DNA of 62,520 nucleotides, filler included, from Hausera hauseri (Eukaryota): NCBI GenBank assembly GCA_046269625.1. It is 10 parts of 10 records of this genome, joined end to end, with 100 filler letters (N's around TTAATTAATTAA, not from the genome) between each part and the next. Parts side by side here need not be neighbours in the genome. Positions count along the whole stretch, not along the records: positions 30,854 to 41,734 come from JBJURY010143313.1; positions 41,835 to 46,308 come from JBJURY010563561.1; positions 46,409 to 52,588 come from JBJURY010129206.1; 7 more parts are not named here. One strand, 5' to 3'. Shown piece by piece: positions 36,801 to 49,800 of this stretch (position 1 is its first letter; each line of letters starts with the position of its first letter). The notes under the pieces were generated by a model. It saw only the letters and a program-made list of their open reading frames with translations, ran no database searches and was not told where the DNA came from. The position numbers and the translations under genes were made by a program.

Positions 36801-39800
36801 AAAGGCTCCACCACATCGGCAAATGATATCGTAATCTCGGGATTCGCCTGCAACTTGCCCAGGTTCTCGTATATCCGATCCAGCAGTGGCCTTGCCTCCT
36901 CAAGCGTCATTGCCCGTTGGGCGCCTCCCAGGATGCCAGGCAACGCTTTCTTGAGTGTCGTCACATCCTGGATAAACTGATCCAGCAAGTTGCGCGTGGT
37001 CGGGTCCAGATCACCGGAATCCAGCAGTTTCTTTGCCTCTACCATCCAAGCCTGATCATAGCTGGCACTCAGGGTATAGGCCTTTGCCAGATAACTTGCC
37101 GCCATATTTTCCGCCCTGGCCTGAGCCTGGATACCCTGCAACCGGTTCAGCTCGTCAGCTACATCCTGATTCCGCTGCTCCTCCAGCAACTTCTGCTGCT
37201 CACCCTCCAATTTAGATAAGACATCAACCGAATCGCCCATCACGGCTTTGGCCAAAGCCTGAAAGCCTTGATCTATACCATCTATCGATACGCCGTTGTA
37301 GTACATATCGTTGGTCAGCCTGTCCGCCCTGAGCATGGCATAGATCCACTCCGGGCTATTCAGCTCCATTTGCCTGCCATCTGCCTTGAGTTTGTATATC
37401 TCGGTCACATGATCCAGCAATTTTTCAGTCGCAGCTTCCCCGTTTGGCCTTAGCCCCCCGTCTTGCAAAATTTTCTGCAGTTTCTGGGCCAGGGGGTCAT
37501 TTTTCGCTGCCGGATCCAGCGGCACACTCTTACCACGGCTCAAATAATCATCTATCTTCTTGGGCCGAACGACAACCAGACCGAGCCCATACCGTATACC
37601 CTGCAAGCATTTGGCTAAATCCTGCAAACCTTGATCTATACCATCCATCGGTACACGGTTCTGGCGCATATCGTCGGCCAGACGGCCCGCCTTGACCATG
37701 GTATCGTTAAGCGGCACGTCCTCCAATATTTGGTAAATCATCATGGCAGTCTGTTCTCCATAATCCTGCGTAATACCGGTTACCGCGTCGCTTATCCTGA
37801 TCACTTCGTCCAGCAATCCTTTAGTCGCGGCTTCACCGGCTGGCTTCAGCCCCCCTTTTTCCAAAATTTTCTGCAGTTCCCTGGCCAAGGGGTAAAACTC
37901 CATATCCTCATCCAGCGGCACACTCTTGCCCGGTCTCAAATAACTCTTTGCCGCATCGTCAGGCACCCAATCGCCCAACACGGCTTTGGCCAAATCCTGC
38001 AAGCCCTGGTCTATACCATCCATCGGTACGCGATTGTGGTACATGTCGTCGGCCAGATCGCCAGCCTTGAACAGGGCATCGTTCAACTCCGGGGCATTCA
38101 GCTCCATTTGCCTGCCATCTGCCTTGAGTTTGTATATCTCGGTCACCTGATCCAGCAATTTCCTGGTCGCGGCCTCCCCATCTGGCCTTAGCCCCCCCTT
38201 CTCCAGAATTTTCTGCAGTTTCTGGGCCAGGGGGTCATCGGCCGCCGCCGGATCCAGCGTCACACTCTTGCCCGGGGTCAAATAATCCCCTATCGCATTG
38301 TCAGAATCACCCTGCATGGCTTTGGCCAAATCCTGAAAATCCTGAAAATCCTGCAGGCCTTGTATACCGTCCATCGGTACGCCGTTATGACGCATATCGT
38401 CGACCAGATCACCCGTCTTGATCATGGCATAGATCAACGCCAGGCTATCCGATGCCATTTGCCCGGTCACTACCTTGAGTCGCATTTTGTCTATCTTGGT
38501 CACCTGAGCCAGCAATTTTTCAGTCGCGGCCCTCCCCTCTGGCGTCAGCTCCCCTTCTTGCAAAATTTCTTGCAATTTCCTGGCCAGAGGGTCTCTGGCT
38601 GCCGCCGAATCCAGCGGCACATTATTGCCCAGCCTTAAATAATCCCTTATCGTATCGTAAGGTCCGGCGTGATAATCCGGGTTTTCCCGATTCAGCAGCG
38701 CCTCGTACACCACCTGCACCAGCCTCTGATCGTCAGCATCATCCAGTATGACGGAGTGCAGGCTCTTCGCCCATGTCACCAGTTCATTAACCTGGCCTTT
38801 CATCAGGCCATCAATTTCCTGTTGGATATCCGGCGTGGTGTTTTTGGGGTCATTCAGCATCCGTAGCATCTTCTCCAGATCACCCCGCGCCTGTGTCAGG
38901 TATTCATGCAGATTCTCCCGCATGGTTTCTTTTCTGAACAGGTCGCCGTTGTTCAGCATTCCAAACATCTCATCACGTGCATTCTTTATCAGCAGATCAC
39001 ACACTTCATCCGCTGAAAGCCCACTGATATCGCGGCCTTTCAGCACGGCATATTCATCTATCTTTCCGAGCAGTTCCTTGAAAGCAGCATCATCTATTTG
39101 TATCTTGCCAAGTTCACGGAGCAATTTGTCGTACTGCTTTCCTATGTCGTCTGCATATGTTTGCTTCGTGACATAACTCTCGACATGGGTCAGGGGGTCA
39201 GTCTCCTTGCTGAGGTTGGTCGAAAACATCCCTCTGTGCATGATCTTCTTCTGTTCTTTGATCAAAGACTCAGCTTTCCTAACAAAATTCTGTACTGCTG
39301 CCTTCTGCTCCTCGGTCGTATCACCTTTCGCGCCAACACTCTTCACAAAATCTACCAGCATTTCCAAAGTGCGGGGATTCAGGGTATAGGGTTTTGCCAG
39401 ATAACTTTCAACCGCCAGGTTACTCGGTGTCAGGACGCTGTCATCGCCCAGCACGGCTTTGGCCAAAGCCTGAAAGCCTTGATCTATACCGTCTATCGGT
39501 ACGCGGTTGTCGCGCATCTCGTTGAGCAGATCGCCCGCCTTGAGCATGGCATAGCCCAACACCGGGCTATCCCATTCCATTTGCCCGGTCTGTACCTTGA
39601 GTAGCATCCTGTCTATCTCGGTCACCTGATCCAGCAATTTTTCAGTCGCGGCTCTCCCCTCTGGTGTCAGTTCCCCTGCTTCCAGAATTTTCTGCAAGTT
39701 CCTTGCCAATATGTCATTGTCCACCTGACCATGTCTGGACAATGCATCATTGAGATCAGCTACCTGATTGACCATCCCTTGTAGCTGCTTCTGCCCGGCA

Positions 39801-41734
39801 TCATTCAGTATGCCTGACGCCAAACCATTCGCCCATTTCGCCAGTTCATTAATCTTGCCTTTCAGGCCATCAATTTCCTGTTGGGTAACCAGCCTGGTGG
39901 AGTCATTCAGCATCCGGTCCAGCTCACCCTGCGCCTGTGCCAGATATTTCTTCAGATTTGCCTGCATGGCTCCCTTTCTGAACAAGATGCCGTCGCTCAA
40001 CAGATTATATATCCCCTTATGCGCATTATCTGCCAGCAGCCCACGCACTTCATCCACAGAAAGCTTGCTGACATCCTTGCCTTTCAGCGATGGCAACTGA
40101 CCCTTGACGGTATATTCATTTATCGTTCCGATCAGCTCCTTGAAAGCAGTCTCATCCATCGGAATCGTAGTGAACTCAAAGACAAATTCAGCATGCTGTG
40201 TCCTGAGCCTTCTTGTATATTCTGGATCTATGACATAACTCTCGGCATGGGTTTGGGAGTCAATAGTCTTCCAGACCCTGTGCTGCCCCAGCCCCCAGGT
40301 CATGATGCTTTCCTGATCTTTAATCAGGTACTCACCCAGGTCAACAAAATCCTTTATTTGTTTCTGTTGCTTCTCTGTAGCATCTTTCGCATGACCTTTC
40401 TTCACAAAATCTATCATCAGCTTCAGATGGCTGGTACTCAGAGTATAGGCTTTTGCCAGATAACTTTCAGTCGTCACCGGCGCGGGGTGCGCCTCTACCA
40501 GCTTGGACGCCGTATCGACATTTGTCTTGTAACCTGGCGCATATTTTTTGGGATCAAGATGGGCATCTTCCAGAATCTCGGCGTTCCCGTTCAGCCGTTT
40601 TATGACATCCAGCACCTGGTTTTTCTCAGGTGCGTCGGGCTTGTTGTTCTGTATTTTTGAAATTGCATCTTCCAGCCACTGGTTCATTGTGCTCAGATAC
40701 TGAATATTTTTTGCCAGAGACTTCTCTAAAAACTCCACCCCACCCACGGAAGCGAACGGCGGCGACATTTTATCCATCAGGTTATCCAGTGCGTCATTCC
40801 ATGTTCGTGCCCTGTCATCGGCCAATGCCTGGTCAACTGCATTCTTCAACCTGTACAGGTTTACCCTCGTTTCATCATGCGTGGCCCAGCCTTTGTCTTC
40901 CGCTTCTGTCAGAGAGACTTCTGCCCGGTTGCGCGCCTCAATCACCTCCTTCGGGAAGCGATTGCCGTTATCCGCCGGATCGTGGGCTCGCGCAGAAAGC
41001 TCTTTCGCCTTATCCAGTGCCTCCTGCACCTTGAGCCTCCATGTGTTTTTATCTGCATCGGGCGCAGTCGAACCGGCAGTTACTGGCGGAACCCCCCGAC
41101 CAAGGTCTTTATCACCCATCATCAGCGCTTTCAGCACATCGGTGGTCAAAGGCTCCACCACATCGGCCAACGGTATCGTAATCTCGGAATGCGCCTGTAA
41201 CTTGCCCAGATTTTCGTATATCTGCTGCAGCAGTGGCCTTGCCTCCTCAAGCGTCATGGCATCCGGGTCGCCCTTTATGATGCCAGGCTCCGCTTTCTTG
41301 AGCTCCGTCACATCCTTGATAAACTGATCCAGCAAGTCACGCGTGGCCGGGTCAAGCTTGCCGGAATCCAGCAGTTTCCTTGCCTCTACTATAACCGCAT
41401 GCTCCGGGTCCGACTCACCCCCCACTGACGGATCCGATACAGGGAGTGATAGCGGCCTATTAGGTATATCATCAACAGTGACCGAACTCGGTATATCCGG
41501 CAATGCCCGTACCACATCCAGCGCCACAGGCCCAAAAACGCTGGGCGTGTCCCACAAATTGCTCTGTGCAGTTTTCGGGTGCCCGTAAAGTATATACTGC
41601 ACCGCGCGGTGCAAGACATCCGCCCCCGTGTTCATCGCCACCATCGTCTGCATCAATGTGGCATACGACACCCCGGTTGCCTGATACACCTGATACACCG
41701 TTTTCGACAAAACGCTCAAAGCCTGCACCGTGGC
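30854..41734 (-). CDS. Giant modular alpha-helical repeat protein, partial (at least 3,627 codons, open at both contig ends); probably from a co-sequenced organism
   Basis: Single stop-free frame over the whole contig, no introns, visibly higher GC than the other contigs, four internally repeated module types. No family recognised. Confidence 0.9.
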
Positions 41735-41834
41735 NNNNNNNNNNNNNNNNNNNNNNNNNNNNNNNNNNNNNNNNNNNNTTAATTAATTAANNNNNNNNNN
41801 NNNNNNNNNNNNNNNNNNNNNNNNNNNNNNNNNN

Positions 41835-44800
41835 AGGTTTGTGATCGGTCTGTATGATAAAACGTCGAGCAGTTAGTAAATGTGAGAAGTGTTTTAAAGC
41901 AAGAACTATCGCCAGTAGTTCTCGGTCGAAGGTGGAGTATCTAGTTTCGGGAGGTGTTCCAAAGGCTGGTTCTCACCCTTATAGATTTGATGAAGTACGG
42001 CGCCCACAGAAGTGGTGGAGGCGTCTGTTGTGATGACCAGCTGTGCATTATGCTTGGGAAAAGCTAATATTTCCACAGTTTTTAAACCTTCTCTTAGCTT
42101 TTCGAATTTGTTTACAAGTTCAGGACTCCATTGTATTGGCTAGTGTTTTTTTCACCACTAAGGTAAGCAAATGGCGCGGTAAGTTCAAAGCAGAACGGCA
42201 CATATTTGCGGACGAAATGCAAAGTGCCCAAAAAGCTCCTTATTTCTGTTGTTGTACGAGGTAGCTGCACGTTTTTTAAGGCTTCAACTAGGTCAGACTG
42301 AGGCGAATGATCTTCGGCAGAAATAATTTGACCAAGAAAATGTATACGCTTCTGGAAAAAGTGGCATTTGGCGAGATTTATCTGCAGGTTATGCTGGTCT
42401 AAGCGTTGAAAGATTGATCTGAGGTGTTCGTCGTTTTGTTTGGTTGAGGAAGAAACAATTAATATGTCATCTATATAGGGATGAGCATATGGAAAATCGG
42501 AAAGCATAGTATCGATGTGGCGTTGAAAAGTTTGTGCATCCTTTCGTATGCCAAAAGGCATGTACAGGTATTCTTATAGACCAAAAGGAGTAATGACTGC
42601 TGTTTTTTCGATATCCTCAGGTGCCACAGGAATTTGATGTTAGGCTTTGGATAAATCAATAGTAGAATAAATTGCAGTTGAGTGGAGACGGTGTAAGATA
42701 TCCTTAATGAGTGGCAACGGGTAGGCATCCATTATTGCCAGTGTTCAATTGACGATAATTACCACATGGTTGAAAAGTTCCGTCCTTCTCTTTTACGACA
42801 TGTAGTGATGACGACCATAAGGATTTGGAGCGACGTACAATTTCGGAACGTTCTAGTTCTATAAATTATGCTCCAACTGTTTGTCTACAACGAGGAGATA
42901 ATGGACGCACTTTTTGGCGGATAGATCGTTGATGTTGTGTCACAATGTGGTGAAAAGTGGTATTTGCTGGAGTAAAAGACCTATCTTTTTGAATAATTCT
43001 AGAACAAGATACGTGGATGAATTGCTGCAGACTTTTACGTAATTATGAAAAGTTTGGTGGGAGCGGGAAGTCTTACTGATAACTTTGGCTGCATCAGTAA
43101 CAGTAGCAATTCGGGCGTTGTTTGGTGGTCGAGAATAAAATGGCATTCGATGCAGGATGGTAGTATTGAAGATGGTACTGTAGTTTGTAGTTTTATCGAA
43201 GGATTTGGCAGTGGTAACAAAAGCACTTTTATTACTGTGCAAACCCTAATCATCAATAACATTGTTCTTTAGTGATTTATAAAACAACGTGCCATGGCTG
43301 TAAGAAAAAGGGTTGTTTAACGATTTTTTCATATTGGCTTTTAAGCTGCAATTACCCGTACGACAGCCGAAATTGTATCGTCGTGATCGAATCGCTCCTT
43401 ATTGCGACCACTTGTTAAGCAACGTTGTTTGCAATCGACAAGGAGATTATAGTGCGAAAGAAAATCGGATCCTAAAATGGCTGTTTGGACATTTGCGACG
43501 GTAAATATCCAGTGGAACGTTTGAGTAAATTTCGGAAGGATAAAAGAGAGCCTACATGTACCGGAAACATGTAGTGGTTGTCCGGAAGCTGTAAATAAAG
43601 GTTTAATTTTGGATGAAGTGAGTTGAATTGAAAAGGTTAGCGGTAGTAAAAAATCGCTGCGCCTGAATCGATAAGAAAATCTGTGTTGAGGTGTCGGTGC
43701 GATGGTGGAAACTTTTAATGTGAACACAGCGACAGAAATTTTTCGGCTATTAGGAAGTAAAGAGTGCCCTTCGCTAGTGCTTGCCGAAAACTCTGGCGGC
43801 AAAGTAAGTTTTTTGAAAACGGGGAACCTGAGCGACTGTTAAAAACGAAAGTTGTGCGTTCGTCATTTGCATGGTGGAATTTGTTTTTAAACGTGCAACC
43901 TGGAATGCCTTTGCGTGCATTATGTCTGAATTTTGCATAATATATGCAAATGGCGTTGTCCGTATGGTATCTGTGATCACAAAATTTGCGCCCTAAGTGG
44001 CATTTTTGTGCGTTACTATCAAACTTACCGTGGTAATAGCAAATCAGTAATCGTCTAGGTGAAGGTGAACGACCACAAGATACTGAACTGTTACGGTCAC
44101 GTATGAAACCCTCACGTATACACATCTCGTTCAGTTTATTGTTGGTGGTGTTGACTGTGTGTTGTAGTGCCGCATTTTCGGCACGTAATTGATTCAATTA
44201 GTGCTCAATAGAAGTATGTTGTGGATTGTCGTCGGTCCTAATAGCGGCTGATATGATGCGTTGTGATTGGATTTGTAAGACACCTTGTGCTTTATCTGCC
44301 AATTCAGCCAGTTTATCTGAGGCTGTAGAATCTTCAACAACGATAAGTAAAGCCCTAATTTTAATGGGTAAGGTATTAAGGAAATATCGTCGAAGTAAAT
44401 CCGGATTGTGTTCCTTGGTGACGCCTAGAGTACGTAAGTGAGCCAACGAGGTACGTAAGAAATCAGTAGGTTTTTGTGTTCCCATTGCGTTTTCATTAAA
44501 GAAGCGCTGCATTATTGAATAAATTGATGGTTCTGTCTGTTTTTACACAGCATAGAACAATTGGGTATAAGGGTCAGAGTGTTAAAAGATGTCCAGTAAG
44601 TTGTGGATTGAGGCCTTTATGGAATTTGGTAGAAGATAAAGTAGATTATGGGCTTTGGATAACGAGTCTGTAATACCGTTGGACTGTAACCAGAGTTGAT
44701 GGAAGTGGGGCCAAGTTTTTCTAGACTTCTCATTGTCTATAAAATAATCAGAACAATGTGGTGAAGTATTGATATGATTTTTGTGAGAAGAATTTGTATC

Positions 44801-44950
44801 GGTTGAAGCAGGTGGATGGTTTGATTTGGGGTAGTAGAAAATGGATTTCGGTTTTGTGGTCATCTTATCGTTGATGTCACTGGTTGGTGGTGAAATCATA
44901 CCGCCGCAGATTCTAGGGTTAATATGTATACACATATAGTTATGAGAGGC
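41835..44950 (-). mobile_element. Ty3/Gypsy retrotransposon gag-pol, decayed
   Basis: Gag-like KPTDFLR...FLNTLP...LAELADK and CYYHGKF; protease FLIDSGA (~43660) and AILGSDFL; RT CGNYRQLN, MPFG, YIDDILI; RNase H TTDAS, YSTFDRELLAI, TDHKP. Confidence 0.92.
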
Positions 44951-46408
44951 CATGATGTGTGGGAGGTCGGTTAAAATGCAACCGTTGTGGGTCAGATAGA
45001 AATCGCTGAAGACGGAAGTATTACGAATGATAGCGTATAGTTGTGATGTCTCGATACGTTGTCTGACATGTACTATTTGTATTAGATTGTTATTAACATA
45101 ACGGTAGAGGGGAAATGATGGTAATGTACTGTAAGCCGGGTAGTGTGATATATCATTCGGAGTTAAGAGAGTTGCTTTGAACGTTTCTTTTGAATAATAT
45201 GTCCGATCTGCTGACTCACTATGGTTTATGGATCTGTAACCGATGCGTATTAAAAAATAACGACAAGATTCTGTCTATAGTTAGAAGCCCTAGTCGGGTA
45301 TTCGCTGTCATTAGAAGAAGAAATGAGGCTGACTTTGCTATAATGTGCCTTGATTCCACCTCTTCTCATTACAGATTCATCGAATTTCATATATGGTTCG
45401 TTGTCGGGTTTGGTAAGTTTGGCAAGACAAGGCACGGGTGATGTGTAAGTAGCAATGCCACAAGATGACTGGACCATTGTATTAATTTCTGTGGCCATCA
45501 TCAAGTTCACAAATTCCTACAAGAGTCAAATTCCTCAGAACGTAAAAGTATAGTTTACCAATTTTGCCCAATAAAGCCGATTTAAATTTTGATGTAGGTT
45601 GAGTAACTTTATTAACAGTTGAAAAATATCTCGGAAGACTGTTGTGGGCAAGGGCTAAAGTGTAACCACTATGGAAAAGAATAGAGGAAATTTATGATCT
45701 GAGGAATAAGGAAAAGAAGTATTTTGCTGAAATGAATTCCAGAGACGTCACAATTCATGCCAAAATAATAGCAACGTGTATCACCAACAAACGCCTTCGC
45801 TAGATACCAAATGTATTTCAGAATTTACAGACGACAGGAATCTAACGGAATCGTAAAAAACAAAGAGAAAAGGTGATACTGCCAAAACGGGCCGGTAACA
45901 AAATCAATAAAATTGAAGCAGCTGATAGAAACTGCTATAACCGAACTTTGATTAACCCCAATTCTCTTTATACCGGGGTAAATATTTATGAGATGTTTTC
46001 GATTGTGGATCATTCGATGTTTATCGGAAATATCCAAGAGCAAAATTAAACAAGTTGGAAGTTGAATGAATAATTAAATTTTCGATTACGAAGAAAGACA
46101 GGTAAACATTAGGAACTCGTCCAATTGACCACATCGTACAACTCAAAATAATTTTCGCCATACGTGAATATTTTATAATCCTATAATATCCAATTCTCTC
46201 TATGTTCTTACGAAACAGAATTATTATCAAGGAAGGTAGGGTCCACAGTAATGTAAAATAAACATTTAGAAATTGCACAGTGAGTCCGGGAGTTAAGAAA
46301 TCAATGAANNNNNNNNNNNNNNNNNNNNNNNNNNNNNNNNNNNNNNNNNNNNTTAATTAATTAANNNNNNNNNNNNNNNNNNNNNNNNNNNNNNNNNNNN
46401 NNNNNNNN

Positions 46409-46830
46409 ATAAGGATTTTTGCCTTAAAATCATTAATCGTTTTATCAATATGGTGTCCTCACTCGGGGCACCAGTTTATATGTTGATACTCTGTACTTTT
46501 GCTTAGGGTATACCAACATATAAATAGTCATATTTACTTTGATTAATCCTTCAGAGTGTTTGCTCGTGTCGTTTTAACTCATATATTCTGAAGTCATGAG
46601 TTCTTGGGCGGTCTGACCTATTAAAAGATCCAGCGCCCTTTTTACTTCTGAATTTCTCTACCTAAATTATTTTCTATTATTATGGAAGCTTTCTACTAAT
46701 ACTATTATGCAATCCATTATTACTATCCTTCTTGACCTACTATCTAGAAAAATGGTTCGTACACCTTGAAGTTGTTTTGGCGAAATCAATCGCAACAATA
46801 TTGCAAAACTAAAGTCACGGCCAGCTTGAA
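46409..46830 (-). pseudogene. Possible very old non-LTR retrotransposon RT relic
   Basis: IVAIDFAK near 46770-46800 resembles the LINE RT motif 'DFxKAFD'; little else survives. Confidence 0.25.
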
Positions 46831-49800
46831 TGTCCTACATTTATAATCCAATAAGACTATGTGTAAAATTCAAAATCTGTAAAATTCAAAATCTATATAA
46901 CGGGTATAATTAAATTAAACATGAGAATATCAGATGACTGATGATCAATGAAGGCAGTAATTTTGTTTTGTAACTTAAAATAACCGTGTGCATACAAATA
47001 AATCAAAGTGCAAGTCAACACGAGTAAATATTAGTACAATATACAAAAATAAATTTCCATACTTTCATCTCCATACATTTATGCCTCAAAAATGTAAATG
47101 TGAATCAAAGTTTTGAGAATTTTACTCAATTTTAAACTACATCAAAAAACAAAAGAAAATCGAATCAAGATGATTATTTGTATGTTTACTAATGGCAAAA
47201 TACGAATGGACTTTAAAACCATTAATATTAAATTTGAAGTAGTTCTATTTGTCATCATCTTTCTTTACCGTCTATCTTTCGATAATTCAATATGCGCTTC
47301 TAAGTACTCGCCTACCCATTGTTATATAAATGCAATCACAAACACACATAAATGGCCTTAAGAAACGTTACACATCATTATAAGTCGATGGAGGGGTAGA
47401 TAAGATAAGTTAAGTATTTATACATATGATTGGAATGAGTAGATTTATTAAATTACACTATAAGTCGACAAAAGGGTGATCCAAATGTTCATACATGGAA
47501 TCAAAGCAAATATAGGCTACACAATCTCCCCAAAATCCTATTTTTCTAACTATAATTGATTGAGCGATATATCACGATGGTCTAAGAGGTTTCACCATCT
47601 ACCTCCACCAAATGAGTAATTCCTTCGTGCAATAATGATGATCCCTGATTTATCTCATCAGTTAAAATGCAAAACCAACAATCATTTATATCAATTCTAC
47701 ATTTATATACAATAAACCGTGACTTTCCAATGTCCAAAATGTACGCCCCATCTGTTGCCGTTTATAACAATTTGCCCAATTTCTCTCTAACAAATCATAA
47801 ACATTTATAACATTAGGGAAAATGAGATCCATGGTAACTTATCAACATTTGCCTTAAGCGAAACTTGGTTGAGTAGAATACAATCCTTACCACGTATTTT
47901 GACTCCCTTTTCATTTTGTTTCGATGAATAATCATCCAATGATTGCACTACCATAAATGTGATCCTGTTTACCGCGTGGTTCGTCCTACTAAACTAACAC
48001 AATTCATTTAATTCCTATCATTCACCCCATAAAATTTTGTTATGAAGTTGATTATATTGACTAATTATTATAAACCAAACACGATAAAATGACCACCAAT
48101 TCTCACAATGGTACCGAACCGAAATGCAGACTGTTAAACGCTATACAATTACGGAAGGTTAACCACCCTAATTTATGAGCTACGGTATCCGGGGATGTTC
48201 TATTGATTCTCCATTCACCATTTCCCTTTTCTGTACGGATGTAATAAGATAACAATTATTTTGTTGTTTATCAAACAGCATGTGGTTTACTATCAAACGA
48301 ATTTTACTGATGTATAAATAACTTAATACTTCTACCTTCGGTATTATTAGTCCCTAAATATTCATTAACTTTAGTACAACTCTAATCTCTAGCCAGACAT
48401 TACGAAATCATCACAAATTTATTATCAACTACGTTCTATTCGTCGACATTTTAATACCAATAGAATAATCATATTAACCCTTATTCGTGCTATCATATTC
48501 CAACACAACCGCGTTCATCGTGGTCTAAGATTCTTTTATCGTGTACACCGCATCCGTATCACAGACAATCTAATATTAACAATTTCTAACAATAATCAAG
48601 GTTAAATCCCAAGAGATACACTGGCCTCCTGATGTTTGCAATCATAAATAGTCACCCGATTTTGAACGTCATCTCTGCGTCGTAAAAACCTCGACCTTTC
48701 CTTCACAAAAATTGAACATCGCACGTTCCCAGATATCGTTGTGAGATTGGAACACTCTCGTGTATCGGGTTACCAATTCCTGGCATGTTTCATACCCTCC
48801 ATCATTTGGGATCGTCGTATTGTGCGTGGTCGCTTTACTCACTTTGCAATAACCCTTTATTCTACCCTTGAGACTCAATAGCTTTTCTTTCATTTATGAT
48901 TTGAAGATTTATTTACAACGACAAATGATACAAATAAATTTGACAAAAGAACGGGTATTTAATTAATCGACACTGCAATCATAAAATCAACCCACCATTT
49001 ACTGATTCATCATCATTTCCACTTCTGTTGTCGCGTAGGGTATCAGTATTCCTTCGATACTCCCTATCCAACACGGTTTGCGCACTCATAGTATCCACAG
49101 ATCCAGCCATAGTAGAAATATTTGGGTTAGAGTTCATTTTCGCTGTTCAAAGAATTCGTTTAGACAAAATGTCGAGTAAGTATTACAAAGAAAAAATTGT
49201 TGTTTTCTGTATTGTTCGTGTCGTTTATTTATATGCCTGTTTAGTTTCCAATTTTAGTGAAAACGCTATTGCGTCGTATTGTTCCTTTTTTAGATTCCAT
49301 TTTTGAACGTTATTACGTCGTGTTTGACAATATTTGATTCTAAATTTAAAAATTTACGACATCATTTCGTGTCGTTACTAATTTTATTAATTCATCGCTT
49401 CCTTTGTACTATTCAATTTAAAAATCTACATCATCGTTTCATATACCAGTTAATTTTGACACGATCCAATTTATTATTTTTTACTCCTAACCCAGTGTCG
49501 ATCAACCAAACACCCATCAGGCAACAATACACCTACATTAACAGTGGTGAAGTATACCCATCATTTGGGTTTAACAAATAAAGAAGAAGGAGAAGGATGC
49601 AGTTTATATTTACAATCATGTTACATAATAATGGATAATGTAATCAGTTTACTGCATAATAAGCAACGGATAATATAATAATTAATTCTGTGCAATCAGT
49701 GTCGATGAGCAATCAATGTTGTTGATGTTGATAAAGAGTCTCAACACAGTGTTAACATGGGACTTGACATTCTTAGATGATATGCAAACCTCAGTTCAGT

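Noticed and set aside
30875-41790. Many plus-strand ORFs over the giant gene
   Set aside because: Antisense shadows of the long minus-strand frame.
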